IMG/VR virus record: IMGVR_UViG_3300025009_000050
Span: 124,001 to 188,000 of that record
DNA: 64,000 bases
Direction: 5' to 3' (one strand)
A program made the translations under genes and the position numbers. A model generated the notes under the pieces. It saw nothing but the letters and a program-made list of their open reading frames with translations. It was not told where the DNA came from and made no database searches. This document shows positions 1-10,516 of the stretch, piece by piece. Numbering within the stretch: the stretch's first letter is position 1; every line of letters begins with the position of its first letter.

Positions 1-1730
1 TGTGTACTTCTAATAAATCTTCCCCACATGCAATTAGCTTGGCCTGGTACTCCCCATGTAAAATAGTTATCTACATATGGTTCTGCAGTTCCATTATTTA
101 TGGTAGAATTCTTCCAACCAATAATACTAGCCATACGAAATACTATTGTGCCTTGAGAATAACTAAGAATATTGGAGGGAAGATCTAATGAGCTTGAGTA
201 GCGTATAGATTTAGTGAATGATGTTGTGTATGGCTTCTGCTCTAACTGTACATCAGTTAGATAGTACTTTGCTCTATTTGCGTCAGCATAGAAATAAAAA
301 TACTCACTTCCACCAGTGGCACCAGTCGTAAATGTATAACTATGTTTAACCCACTTTCCAATCTCTGGAGTTAAATTATAATTTGTATCCCAAGGTCCAT
401 TAGGATCAAAAATAACAACCCCAGATACCCTATATATTAAGAATGATATAGTGTATGTTGTATTGGCTATAAGAGTAAGAGTATAATATCTATAATCAGT
501 TTGAATCCAAATTCCAACGTCTTGGTATAAACACGTTTTACCATCATTTAGAGTAGTTGTATAGATTGTTGCATTACCCTTTCCTCCAGAAAGATCCCAT
601 CCAGTTAATCCACTAGAAAAGTCTCCGTTATTAATTAGATTCGTAGTTGGCTCTTCTATTGAAATGCCGTCATTATTAATTGTCGTATTAATATTAGTAC
701 ATACATTAACATCTGCGATAGAATTCTGTAACCCATAACAATGCATAGATGTGTCTACATAGACTGGAAATGTTGCGAATACTAAACTTGTATAGAATAA
801 GATATCGTTTCTATAATATCTTACGGTTGTATTTTTAATCTCAATTTTGAATGTATCGGTATCGGCATTACATGTTCCAAAGCTTCCAATGTTTGTACCA
901 TTTTCAAATACGTAAAAAGAACCATTAGTATCTATCGCATAATCTATATCTGTATAAGAGAATGTAGTATGATTACTATTGAACCCAAGCATTTCTGCTC
1001 CAGTGACTCCGTCAACGTATTTAACTTTCCATTGTAATGAAACGTCACCACTGAACTTTTCAGATGAGATAGCCCCTGAATCCCAAGCACCTGTTCCTGC
1101 TGTTTTAGTTAAGCTGTTATCTGTTCCAACCGTAACACCAGTAGCGTTTTGCCATGTTACAGGATGCCATCCAGGATTTGCTGTAATACCTAAACTATTC
1201 ATATAGTGTGTCTTACCACGTGATGTTTCCTGATATTCTCCTTCTACGCTACTATCAAATATTGTATACCAAGTAACTCCATCCCCTGAGACCTCTGTCT
1301 TAGTATTATGGTATGTTCTACCATCATTATAATAATGCCATACTTTAATTAGATCAATATTAAATAGATCACCAAGATCAACCTGCACCCAGAATGGAGT
1401 TGTTGTGGTACCCCAGTATGGAGAGGTAGTAGTTACACCGTCTGTTAGTACTGTATTCCAAGTTGCATCAATTGACGTACCACCTTTACTTAATGCTACA
1501 TTTACTCCGTCATAGTCTATAGCCTGTATTTCTACCCAATGATTAGATGCATTAGAAGTACTTCCATTTAACCAGTCTCTGATGTATCTAATTTTGCTAG
1601 GTATGTACTTCTGTACTGTTCCATCTAGGGGATAATGAGCGACTAACCCGTTAATTATAACAGGCAATCTCTCATTAACCTCACCAGTTATCATTAGATT
1701 ACCATTCTTAAGTCTCCCCAATACTGTCAT
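1..1730 (-). CDS. Lectin-like tail-fibre partner / receptor-binding protein (discoidin-like + ConA/SPRY-like + CBM-like modules); partial, runs off the left edge
   Basis: Not in the ORF track because it has no stop inside the window. I translated about 1730-1320 and the motif-bearing stretches near 640, 200-260 and 1-60 by hand and saw no stop there; the rest was read less carefully. ATG at 1730 is preceded by AGGAGAGG overlapping the TAG of the upstream gene. N-terminus MTVLGRLKNGNLMITGEVNERLPVIINGLVAHYPLD is paralogous to 12136..15063 (RLPVITDGLVAHYPMD). Also contains RYIRDWLNG...HWVEIQA, WVQVDLG...EVSGDGVTW and IEEPTTNL...VQLEQKPYTTSF. Confidence 0.85.
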   Translation of the reverse strand, partial: MTVLGRLKNGNLMITGEVNERLPVIINGLVAHYPLDGTVQKYIPSKIRYIRDWLNGSTSNASNHWVEIQAIDYDGVNVALSKGGTSIDATWNTVLTDGVTTTSPYWGTTTTPFWVQVDLGDLFNIDLIKVWHYYNDGRTYHNTKTEVSGDGVTWYTIFDSSVEGEYQETSRGKTHYMNSLGITANPGWHPVTWQNATGVTVGTDNSLTKTAGTGAWDSGAISSEKFSGDVSLQWKVKYVDGVTGAEMLGFNSNHTTFSYTDIDYAIDTNGSFYVFENGTNIGSFGTCNADTDTFKIEIKNTTVRYYRNDILFYTSLVFATFPVYVDTSMHCYGLQNSIADVNVCTNINTTINNDGISIEEPTTNLINNGDFSSGLTGWDLSGGKGNATIYTTTLNDGKTCLYQDVGIWIQTDYRYYTLTLIANTTYTISFLIYRVSGVVIFDPNGPWDTNYNLTPEIGKWVKHSYTFTTGATGGSEYFYFYADANRAKYYLTDVQLEQKPYTTSFTKSIRYSSSLDLPSNILSYSQGTIVFRMASIIGWKNSTINNGTAEPYVDNYFTWGVPGQANCMWGRFIRST

Positions 1731-1741
1731 ATTATCCTCTC

Positions 1742-4700
1742 CTAAGCTGTATAAATGAAATCAAGACTATCTTCTGTCTCATTAAATTCTATTGAGAACT
1801 TTTGAGTTGACGAATCAGATGCTACTAAGCTTAGCTTATTTTTAATTTTAACTTCTCCATCATTTTCTAATGACATTAACTTATCCCCTATAGCATCGCC
1901 TCCATACATCCATACAAATGCAGAAGCACCTACACCAGTAGAATATTCTGTAGTTCCGTCAGTTCTAAATACCATTTGTCTTGAATTACCATATATCTTG
2001 AATGTAGCGTTGTCTCCATTTTCCCTCAGCCAAGAGTCATTAACTTTATAATTACCTTGTGCAAATACCTGAGACGAAAAGTTAGCTAGAGAGTAGTATC
2101 TTAAAAATGCATCATCAGATGCATATACTCTTGTTATAGTTGTTGTCCCTCTATCACCAGATATAATATTTATCCATCCAGCATTTATATAACCATTAGC
2201 GTCAGTTCTCACAATCTGGTTAGCTACGTTATTTGTCCCTGTAGCTATATGTAACCCGTCAACCATATCCGCATTTAAATTAGTACACATAGTTGTAGAT
2301 GTGATTGTAAGCGGAGCAGTTCCCGATGCTATATTTAGCGTTAGTCTAGAAAATGTAGGAGTTCCCGTAGTAGTAACACTTTGGTCTATATAACTATGGC
2401 TAGCTCCCGTATCAGAAACATGAGACAATGGTGCTGCATCTGTGATGCCATATCCTGATAGTGTAGTAGGATTTGTTCCTGCAGTAACCCTTCCTTTTTC
2501 ATCAACAGTAACAGACCTGTATGTAGAAGCTGCGACTCCTGAGGATGGTAAATCGGACGATTGGATAGCTCCGAATGCGTATGTTGTCGCTGCTGTAGCA
2601 CGAATAACGTGGCCTGCTGTCAAACCTGCTACAGGGTGATTAGTCATGTTAATGAGGCCATGTATTGTTGGAGCAATGCCAGCCTCACTAAGAGTATTGT
2701 TAATCCACGCTGTACCACTCCATTTTAATATCTCTCCTGTAGAGTTTGAAGTGATTGTTGTATTTGAAAGAGCATCTAATGTAGGCATCACATGAACATG
2801 GTCTGAGCGAGAAACTGTTGTAGCTGTGCCAGGTACTGAGGTACCAAGTGCTGTGGCTGAGGTACCAAAGCCTGTAATATCAGCCCAAGCATAATCACCA
2901 CCAGTGGCTGCTGAAGTATGAGTGTGTGCAGGAAGGTTGGCTGCTGTAATACCAGAAACACCACCTGTAGCAGTAAGTATTCCAGGTAAAGATAGGTTAC
3001 CACTTGAATCATATACCATTTCTTTTCTTGCTGCATACCCAGTTTGGATATTAGACATAAATCTAATTACGTAATCAGAAGTAAGCCATAATTCCTCCGT
3101 AGAATAAGGTAAGTTAGAACAAATAGTTGAAGCAGATTCACCAGAACCAATAATTAAGGCTGCTCCTGAGTCAATATAAGCACCTAAGCCATTTGAATCT
3201 GAACCATAAGCTGTTATTAAAGGTCTTGAATAAGAACCATATTTCAGATTAAAACTACCGCTTAAAGTCATTGAACCAGCTATAGTTGTATTACCAGTAG
3301 TTCCATCAACAAAGAGTTTTTGAGTTGTTTCTGCATCTGAGTAGATATAAAAACCTGCTCCATTCTTAAGCTTAACATTTCCTGATCCATCTATTGTAAA
3401 CATATCTAAAGACGTGTCTAAATCATGAATTGTTAATGCACTCGATGAACCTTTATTCTTAATAAATAGTCCGTTACCAGGACCTCTTGAGATTAAAGTC
3501 TGAGCCCATGAACCAGTATCATTATAAATGTCATATGTCCATTTCCCTCTATCTACTGTTATGATGTCTCTAGTATCAGTTATATTGCCTGCTGGAATTA
3601 CACCAGATGCTGGAACAGTTACAGTAGCGAGATCAGCATAGTCGCCTGTAGGTGCTGTCGTTGAGTTAACAACCGCTCCTGATGAGTTTACATAAATGTA
3701 TTGTGTGGTACTAGCAGTAAGTATTCTATTTGTTAGTAAAATGGCGTAACGAACGCCAGCTACATAAGCTGTCCCTGCAGCTATATCTACTGTAAGTGAG
3801 CTAAGACTTGGAGTGACAGCTAATCCTATATATATATAATTATCAAGAAATTCATTCCGTACTGTATTGATTTCAGTTTTAGTATAATATGAGGAATCAT
3901 GGTTATGGGTACACAACTGGGTCGTTCCATGTGCATGTACGTGATCAGAACGAGAAATTGTTGTAGCTGTGCCAGCAGCCGAAGTTCCTAACGCGGCTGC
4001 TGATGCACCGAATCCAGTTATTGAATTGGCTGCATGAGTAGTTAGCATTAATCCTGTCGTTGGATGTACATGATTAGCCAATGCAACAGCACTGCCAGAA
4101 CCATTAGACGCTGTTCCTAGAGCTTGGGAAGTTCCGCCTAAGGCTGTAATGTCTGCCCAAACATAGTCGCCACCAGTGGCTGCTGAAGTGTGGGTGTGTG
4201 CAGGTAAATTCGCTGCTGTTATTCCTAAGAAAGATGTAGCTGTTATTGTTCCTACAGTTGTAATATTACCCGCACTAGTGATTGTAACTTTATCTGCTGT
4301 AGAGTAAAACTTTAAATCAGTAGAACTAGGAGGATTGTATATTTTCCATTGATCTACACTAGCTGATTGAAATTTAATTCCTGATTCATTAGCTGCTGGT
4401 GCGTCAGCTAAAAAATATGAATTAGTAGCTGTTACACTTATCGTCTTGATATCAAGATCTGCATTTATAGACCCTTTAGTTTTTATGTTTCCTCTGGAAA
4501 AAATACCATTAGTCTGTTTATTAGTATCCCCATCAGCCCAAGCATCTGTAACACACAATTCCTTAACGTATAGGGCTTGTGCTGAACTTCCATTAGCTAT
4601 CTTTACAGTAACAGTACTCTGAAGCTGTCCTGCACCTGTGAATGTGGCTGGCAAGGATATGTAGTCAGCCATGGTTAATGGTTCACTTATATATGCAGTA

Positions 4701-5377
4701 CCATCAACGTACAGATTATGTGACACGGCATTCGTCATGTCACCTATCTTAAGCGATTGAGCAACGTAACAGTTATCATATATCTTTACCTTGCGTAGGT
4801 ATGCATCGGCACTTGGATTATGACCATATAAAATTAACCCTTGAACTCCTTCTGCGCCAGTAGTAGTTTCTATTGTCCCAGCATCTATATCTGAGAGTGT
4901 TGTTATAATCTTTACTGGTTTTATAGTCTCAGTACTATGATTATGACCTACATATGAAGCTTCAGTGCCATCAGACTTCTTAAATGAAGCTGCCCTAACT
5001 TCAGCCCAAGTAGGAGTAGTAAATGATCTATATATTTCCCATCTAAAATCAGTATTGTTCCATCTTATATATGGATTAGTTGTACTACCACCAATAAGCA
5101 TGCCGCCTGTAGCTGTACCACTATTTGATAGTATAAAAGTACTATTAGTAGTTCCAGTGTCTGTATTCTGAGCATGAGTGCTATGACCAATGGTATAGTT
5201 GCCACTCACTGTGAGTGTATAAGCACTACTAGCAGTTAGAGTAACATTACCAAGCTTAGTAGTCCCGCTGATTCCCCCTGTCCCTATAGTAACACCATTG
5301 TAAGTACCGCCTAACTTTACATCATTGTTATTTAAGTTTAAGTCACCAAACATTACGGTATATCCAAGATTGGCCAC
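1742..5377 (-). CDS. Tail fibre protein (1211 aa)
   Basis: GTG start overlaps the upstream TAG. Thr/Gly/Ser-rich, with HxH motifs (HTH, RSDHVH, HNH), a KVTVDEKGRVTAG-type fibre repeat (YRSVTVDEKGRVTAGTNPTTLSGYGITDA), LNADMVDGLH, and C-terminal FSIEFNETEDSLDFIYTA. Confidence 0.88.
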   Translation of the reverse strand: MANLGYTVMFGDLNLNNNDVKLGGTYNGVTIGTGGISGTTKLGNVTLTASSAYTLTVSGNYTIGHSTHAQNTDTGTTNSTFILSNSGTATGGMLIGGSTTNPYIRWNNTDFRWEIYRSFTTPTWAEVRAASFKKSDGTEASYVGHNHSTETIKPVKIITTLSDIDAGTIETTTGAEGVQGLILYGHNPSADAYLRKVKIYDNCYVAQSLKIGDMTNAVSHNLYVDGTAYISEPLTMADYISLPATFTGAGQLQSTVTVKIANGSSAQALYVKELCVTDAWADGDTNKQTNGIFSRGNIKTKGSINADLDIKTISVTATNSYFLADAPAANESGIKFQSASVDQWKIYNPPSSTDLKFYSTADKVTITSAGNITTVGTITATSFLGITAANLPAHTHTSAATGGDYVWADITALGGTSQALGTASNGSGSAVALANHVHPTTGLMLTTHAANSITGFGASAAALGTSAAGTATTISRSDHVHAHGTTQLCTHNHDSSYYTKTEINTVRNEFLDNYIYIGLAVTPSLSSLTVDIAAGTAYVAGVRYAILLTNRILTASTTQYIYVNSSGAVVNSTTAPTGDYADLATVTVPASGVIPAGNITDTRDIITVDRGKWTYDIYNDTGSWAQTLISRGPGNGLFIKNKGSSSALTIHDLDTSLDMFTIDGSGNVKLKNGAGFYIYSDAETTQKLFVDGTTGNTTIAGSMTLSGSFNLKYGSYSRPLITAYGSDSNGLGAYIDSGAALIIGSGESASTICSNLPYSTEELWLTSDYVIRFMSNIQTGYAARKEMVYDSSGNLSLPGILTATGGVSGITAANLPAHTHTSAATGGDYAWADITGFGTSATALGTSVPGTATTVSRSDHVHVMPTLDALSNTTITSNSTGEILKWSGTAWINNTLSEAGIAPTIHGLINMTNHPVAGLTAGHVIRATAATTYAFGAIQSSDLPSSGVAASTYRSVTVDEKGRVTAGTNPTTLSGYGITDAAPLSHVSDTGASHSYIDQSVTTTGTPTFSRLTLNIASGTAPLTITSTTMCTNLNADMVDGLHIATGTNNVANQIVRTDANGYINAGWINIISGDRGTTTITRVYASDDAFLRYYSLANFSSQVFAQGNYKVNDSWLRENGDNATFKIYGNSRQMVFRTDGTTEYSTGVGASAFVWMYGGDAIGDKLMSLENDGEVKIKNKLSLVASDSSTQKFSIEFNETEDSLDFIYTA

Positions 5378-8300
5378 TATATCACCTCACTAATTTGACC
5401 CTTGATTAAAACCCTACCATCACTAGTAAATTTCATTCGGTTAGTTGACCCACTAGTTAACTCATACATCGTGTTGATTTCTTCTGGTATCAGCTCTCTA
5501 TTATATAATCTAAAATCATACATCTTACCTTTAAAGAAATCAGTCGGCGTGCTTCCATCCCAGTCTTGTCCAATGGCTAATGGGTTAGGATATATTCTAT
5601 CATTAATCTTGACTGTTAAATCCTGTTGCTTGTCGAGCTGTCCATTAATATACATTGCACAATTCAATTGTGTAGCATTGATATTCTTAATAACAAAACA
5701 AACATAATACCACTGTCCCACTGTTAAAACAGTATTGCCATCGAGTGATGCTCCATCACAGTAAAAGCGTAACTTTTTTATATCCATCAGTATTTGTGGA
5801 TTAAAATCATTGTCTCCAATCGTGCAAATATGAAATGATCCACTTAATGCGTCATCCAGGTTAATCCATACACAAAATGATATTGTATCAAATTGTGGTT
5901 TATACCCTGTGTTTATCCATCCATTGGCACCATTAAATATAGAGCATTGCCCTTCCGGGCCAGATGTATATGTTATGTTATTTTCTGTCCCATGATTTAG
6001 ATTACCTGACCTATCCTTAGCATCCCCATTTAAAGGCCACCATCCGACTAGGCCATCTATAATGCCAACCTCACTGATATCAAGCATATTCATTGTTCCT
6101 GTTTCTTTTAAATTAATAGGCTCACCATCTGTGATATCCTGTATCTTAAAGTTAGTAACATATAGATCTGTGCCCAAACTTCCAGTGCTAGTATACTGGA
6201 ATCCCCAGCACAAATCCCTATAGCAGTTATAAGACGTTCCAGCTACAAAAACACTATAGGTGGTAGTGCATACCTTCCAGATGTCATCAGTTATATTAAA
6301 AGTAGCATATATCTCTTTCCTGCCTTGGAAGTTTGATGGCAGAGTACTGTATTTAGATGCAGATACACTAGTTAGTCCGCCACCACCCCAACCCATTTGA
6401 TTAGAAAAATACATTGCGCCAATACCATTAGAACTTTGCCCTTCTATTATGAATGATATTCTATATTTGCAGCCTTTCTGTAGTATATTAGGATCTATAT
6501 TAAACAAGTTTACCTTTAATCCACCCCATACGGTATTACCACAATCTGGATAGATTAAATTAGGTGGTCTATATATTCTATAACCTCTTGTAGTCAGACT
6601 AACTTGACAATTGGATTGTGTATATGAAGATAATCCATTAGTAAATAAACGATTGATAATTGCGTTATTTGTTTCTTGAGCTATGTTTTCTAATTCATGT
6701 ATCTTCCGAACAAATAGATTCCCCTTATCATCTAGGCTAGCACGTTGTTGATAAAGCTCTTTGATATCATCTGCTGAGAGAGCAGTAGCATATATACGGA
6801 CATCATCAACAATGCCGTTGAACTGATAATTCATGCCATTTGAAGAAGACCCGAATCTCATCGGTGCTACTGAACCGCTGTATGATGTTAAAGAATATTG
6901 CTTAATATACTCACCATTTATATAAACTTTAACAACTGCACCATCCCAACTTGCTGCTAAGTGGTACCAAGTACCTAGAGTCGCTGTAACTGGAGTTTGT
7001 CCTGCTGACCAACCTACTCCAGTTACAGCTCCTATAGTAGCGGTTAAATAATCATTCAGATCGACACCCAACCAGTATTCAGTACTTCCTATAGAATTGT
7101 CGGGGCCTTTGTGTAAGACACATTCGTAATTACTTCCTTCACCTATCTTATTGAACCAAGACGATATTGTTAGTGACGTAGTGCCAGGTACGAAGTTTTC
7201 TATGCCCATGTAGTTATTAGTTCCATTGAACTTATAACATCCGCTACCTATCTTGCTATCGGGTATCCATTGAGGACAGTTAGCATCTAGCATTGTGTGA
7301 TTATTATATCCACTAGAATCATATGCCTTACCGTCTCTTGTCCCTTCTGTGAAAGGAGTTGCATGATCTTTAATCTCTATCTGCAAGTTGACAAGTTTAA
7401 TTGTATCCCCGATTAGAGCGCTACATAGGTCGCTATGTATTATCCATCCTGATGTACTAAATGTTTGAGTATACTCAAAGTAACCGTCATCTCTAGTTAT
7501 CTTATTTAAAGTATTCGTATGGTATGTTGATATACAAGGTACAGTTGTTTTGAAAGGCACATCATTTAAATACAGATATCCGCTAATGGTGTATATAGTA
7601 CCTGTAGTAACTGCTGATGTGAATGTACTACACTGTAGTGCTACTGTTTGTGACGTTGATCCAGATTGTCTATAGCAGGTATGTGTATTCCCATCTCTAC
7701 TATAGGTATAATAGGGAGTATAAGCTGTGATAGTATATTGAGCGTAGTTAATGGTATACTCTTGAAAATCATCAAATGTCCAATGCCCTACTAGTGCTTT
7801 ACTTAGTTCTTTAATCTCTTTGTCTGATAATGCATGGTTGTATACCCGAACATCATCTAGTTTACATAGAGGTCTATAACTAGAGCTGTCTAGATACCCA
7901 GTCGACCATGCAAATAAAGCTATCTTGTCAGGAGCACATTTCATAGTATACGTAACTGTATGTTCTTTGATGCCATCCACCCACAAAGTTATCTGCTTAA
8001 TGTTATCATCGTATCTCATAACTAGATGAGACCATTTATTATATATGTTAGAAGTTCCATAATACTCATTGTATGTTCTACCTGTCCCACTTCCAGTATT
8101 ACATGAAATTCTAAAATCAGTTGATGATATCTGTCTAACTGTTATACCAGCACCATAGTTAGTATTGTGATTATGGTTGGTAACTAAACCATTTGCAGAA
8201 GCTTCAGTCACAGTTACGAACGCCCATGTAGCCATAGTGAAGCTACCAGTCAAGTCAATATTCTCCGTTGTTGCTAAGTACTCAGATGTCTTAACTGTTC

Positions 8301-8436
8301 TCTCATAACACTGTCCAATCTTGCCACTACTACTTTGTACTATACTACTAGCCTGATTATAAGGATACAGATGCCTATTATTGCCACTACTATCTAATGT
8401 ATCCCCATTCAATTTATACCAAGCTACAAGACTCAC
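5377..8436 (-). CDS. Multi-LamG (concanavalin A-like lectin) tail-associated protein (1019 aa)
   Basis: Three LamG-like repeats, each opening with LVAWYKLNGD / LVGHWTFDD / LVGWWPLNGD and closing with LDDVRVYNHALS / VDDVRIYATALS / MYDFRLYNREL. W-H-L..W/Y core strands are present. Confidence 0.88.
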   Translation of the reverse strand: MSLVAWYKLNGDTLDSSGNNRHLYPYNQASSIVQSSSGKIGQCYERTVKTSEYLATTENIDLTGSFTMATWAFVTVTEASANGLVTNHNHNTNYGAGITVRQISSTDFRISCNTGSGTGRTYNEYYGTSNIYNKWSHLVMRYDDNIKQITLWVDGIKEHTVTYTMKCAPDKIALFAWSTGYLDSSSYRPLCKLDDVRVYNHALSDKEIKELSKALVGHWTFDDFQEYTINYAQYTITAYTPYYTYSRDGNTHTCYRQSGSTSQTVALQCSTFTSAVTTGTIYTISGYLYLNDVPFKTTVPCISTYHTNTLNKITRDDGYFEYTQTFSTSGWIIHSDLCSALIGDTIKLVNLQIEIKDHATPFTEGTRDGKAYDSSGYNNHTMLDANCPQWIPDSKIGSGCYKFNGTNNYMGIENFVPGTTSLTISSWFNKIGEGSNYECVLHKGPDNSIGSTEYWLGVDLNDYLTATIGAVTGVGWSAGQTPVTATLGTWYHLAASWDGAVVKVYINGEYIKQYSLTSYSGSVAPMRFGSSSNGMNYQFNGIVDDVRIYATALSADDIKELYQQRASLDDKGNLFVRKIHELENIAQETNNAIINRLFTNGLSSYTQSNCQVSLTTRGYRIYRPPNLIYPDCGNTVWGGLKVNLFNIDPNILQKGCKYRISFIIEGQSSNGIGAMYFSNQMGWGGGGLTSVSASKYSTLPSNFQGRKEIYATFNITDDIWKVCTTTYSVFVAGTSYNCYRDLCWGFQYTSTGSLGTDLYVTNFKIQDITDGEPINLKETGTMNMLDISEVGIIDGLVGWWPLNGDAKDRSGNLNHGTENNITYTSGPEGQCSIFNGANGWINTGYKPQFDTISFCVWINLDDALSGSFHICTIGDNDFNPQILMDIKKLRFYCDGASLDGNTVLTVGQWYYVCFVIKNINATQLNCAMYINGQLDKQQDLTVKINDRIYPNPLAIGQDWDGSTPTDFFKGKMYDFRLYNRELIPEEINTMYELTSGSTNRMKFTSDGRVLIKGQISEVI

Positions 8437-8447
8437 CTAGGCACCTC

Positions 8448-10505
8448 CTATCCAACGAAATTAAAATCTAAGCTGTTAGTTGTAGGGTTATACATCATCT
8501 CAAATTTATTACTTGCATTATACCCACCTTGTGAATATATCTTACCAGTACTATCTACCTGAGCTACTGGAGTGGTATTGTTTAGAAATACAAAGCCTCT
8601 ATTAGTTCCTGAAGCCATTCTTAAGTACATGTTATAATCTGAGGTAGAATCTAATCTACCACCCCATGTAGCATTACCTGATGACGACATATATATTTTG
8701 TAGATATCGTTATCCCAAAACCTTAATCCACGACCATCAGATGGACCAACTTTTACGTCCCCATTGTGAAGAACACTTGCAAATGTTGGACTTGATGTAG
8801 TAGTAACGCTCTGGTCTATATAACTGTGGTCTGCACCAGTACTAGATTTGTGAGTATACGCGGCATTAGCATTATCTGAATTACCACTCAACCAAGTAAT
8901 CTTACCATTAAGATCTATGTTCGCTTTCTCAGTAACGTTATTCATGAAGCTAACGATCTTAGGTGATGTGCCCGATGCAATCTTAGCAGCAATCTCTACC
9001 CATCCACCACGAATCCTAACTCTATCACTAGCTGCGTCATTCTCAGTTGCTATGAGCATAAGACCAGATTCTCCAGTAGTAGCTACTTCATTAACATCTG
9101 CACTATCATAATATCTAATTACACCCTTATCATCTGCTTTGTTTATCCCAGATGAGAATATGATTGAAGATGAAGCTCCAGATACGTTCTGTATATTAAG
9201 TGAAACATCTGTGTCTCCAGCTCCACCACTGACTGTACCATGACCTGTTATAGTAAGCCATCCTGGCATTATCGGAGCACCTGTAAATGGTACGTATGAG
9301 GAATCATGGTTATGAGTACAGAGTAATGCAGAGCCATGTGCATGCACGTGATCAGATCTAACTATAGTAGTTGCAGTACCAGCAGCATTCGCACTCCCTA
9401 TAGCACTTGGAGTAGTGAATGCTTCACGTGAGTGCTTATGGTCTGATCTAGCAAATGATGTTGCAGTGCCTTCAGCTGCACTATCCCCTACAGCAGATGC
9501 ACCAGCTACAGCAGTAGTTATAGCATGTTTATGATCAGATCTAGAGAGTGATGATGCTGTACCGACTGCCGCAGCATCATCAGGAGATATGCTACCAGCT
9601 GCTGCTGTAGAGACATTATGTTTATGGTCACTTCTAGCAAGTGATGTAGCCGTACCTTCTGCAGCAGTCTGTACTAAAATATCACTAGGTGTTCCTGTAG
9701 ATACACTATGAACATGATCTGATCTAGCAAATGATGTAGCAGTACCTACAGCTGCTGTAGTAACTGTAATCTGATTAGCTGCCGCTGTAGTTAAAGCATC
9801 AGAACCACCAGGTAAATGAGCAGATGCATGAGTTGCAGCTGCATAACCACTAAGACTAGTAATAGTAGCATACCTAGCATCACCACGAGTTTGGTTATAA
9901 TAATGGGTGTGATCATCATCATTAAGACCAGACATAGCCCCATGATCGTGCTTATGGATTGTGCAATCAGCAGTAGTTGTAGTGAGTGAAGTCTTCTGCG
10001 TAGAACTTAATATAGTATCAGTACTTATAGTAGCTGAGTTAACTGTTCCAGCTACGAATAAATCTCCCTTACCGGAAACAGATAATCTCCTCACCCATAC
10101 TGGCGTAGCTATGGAAGTGTCTGCGCAAACTTCCAGTAACATAATCATAGAATCGCTAGTAGCATCTGAGTCTCCAATCACTAAACGCTGCTCAGTATTA
10201 CCCTGTGTATTCGCGAATGAGACGTTAGTACTATGCTGTGATGCAAATGAAACGGTCCCAGTACCAGAATTAGGAACTGTTGCTATCCTTCCAACATACC
10301 CATTATCAATGTAACTGAAGTCAAGATAAGAAGTTAGTGAGACCCCACTAGTAACTCCAAGTGTTCCAGTTATGCTTATATTGGTATCTAACTTATCACT
10401 AGTGATATTACCATTAGCAATTTTTGCTGTGGTTACTGCACCGTCATCAATATTAGCAGTCTTGACTTGTTTACTGCGTATATCACTAGAAGCTATTGTA
10501 GTCAT
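8448..10505 (-). CDS. Tail fibre protein with His-rich repeats (685 aa)
   Basis: Five RSDH(V/K)H repeats, an N-terminal IDDGAVTTAKIANGNIT segment, and C-terminal FEMMYNPTTNSLDFNFVG. SD GGAGGTG lies upstream of the next gene. Confidence 0.85.
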   Translation of the reverse strand: MTTIASSDIRSKQVKTANIDDGAVTTAKIANGNITSDKLDTNISITGTLGVTSGVSLTSYLDFSYIDNGYVGRIATVPNSGTGTVSFASQHSTNVSFANTQGNTEQRLVIGDSDATSDSMIMLLEVCADTSIATPVWVRRLSVSGKGDLFVAGTVNSATISTDTILSSTQKTSLTTTTADCTIHKHDHGAMSGLNDDDHTHYYNQTRGDARYATITSLSGYAAATHASAHLPGGSDALTTAAANQITVTTAAVGTATSFARSDHVHSVSTGTPSDILVQTAAEGTATSLARSDHKHNVSTAAAGSISPDDAAAVGTASSLSRSDHKHAITTAVAGASAVGDSAAEGTATSFARSDHKHSREAFTTPSAIGSANAAGTATTIVRSDHVHAHGSALLCTHNHDSSYVPFTGAPIMPGWLTITGHGTVSGGAGDTDVSLNIQNVSGASSSIIFSSGINKADDKGVIRYYDSADVNEVATTGESGLMLIATENDAASDRVRIRGGWVEIAAKIASGTSPKIVSFMNNVTEKANIDLNGKITWLSGNSDNANAAYTHKSSTGADHSYIDQSVTTTSSPTFASVLHNGDVKVGPSDGRGLRFWDNDIYKIYMSSSGNATWGGRLDSTSDYNMYLRMASGTNRGFVFLNNTTPVAQVDSTGKIYSQGGYNASNKFEMMYNPTTNSLDFNFVG
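9290..9740 (-). repeat. Five degenerate tandem RSDH(V/K)H repeats (about 29 aa / 87 nt period)
   Basis: SFARSDHVH, SLARSDHKH, SLSRSDHKH, SFARSDHKH, TIVRSDHVH in the translation. Confidence 0.88.
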
Positions 10506-10516
10506 TTATACACCAC

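Noticed and set aside
2875-4225. Near-identical repeat pair in a fibre gene as a DGR template/variable repeat
   Set aside because: Mismatches look mainly synonymous and are not confined to adenines. Both copies are coding and internal, and no reverse transcriptase motif (YxDD) gene is present in the window.
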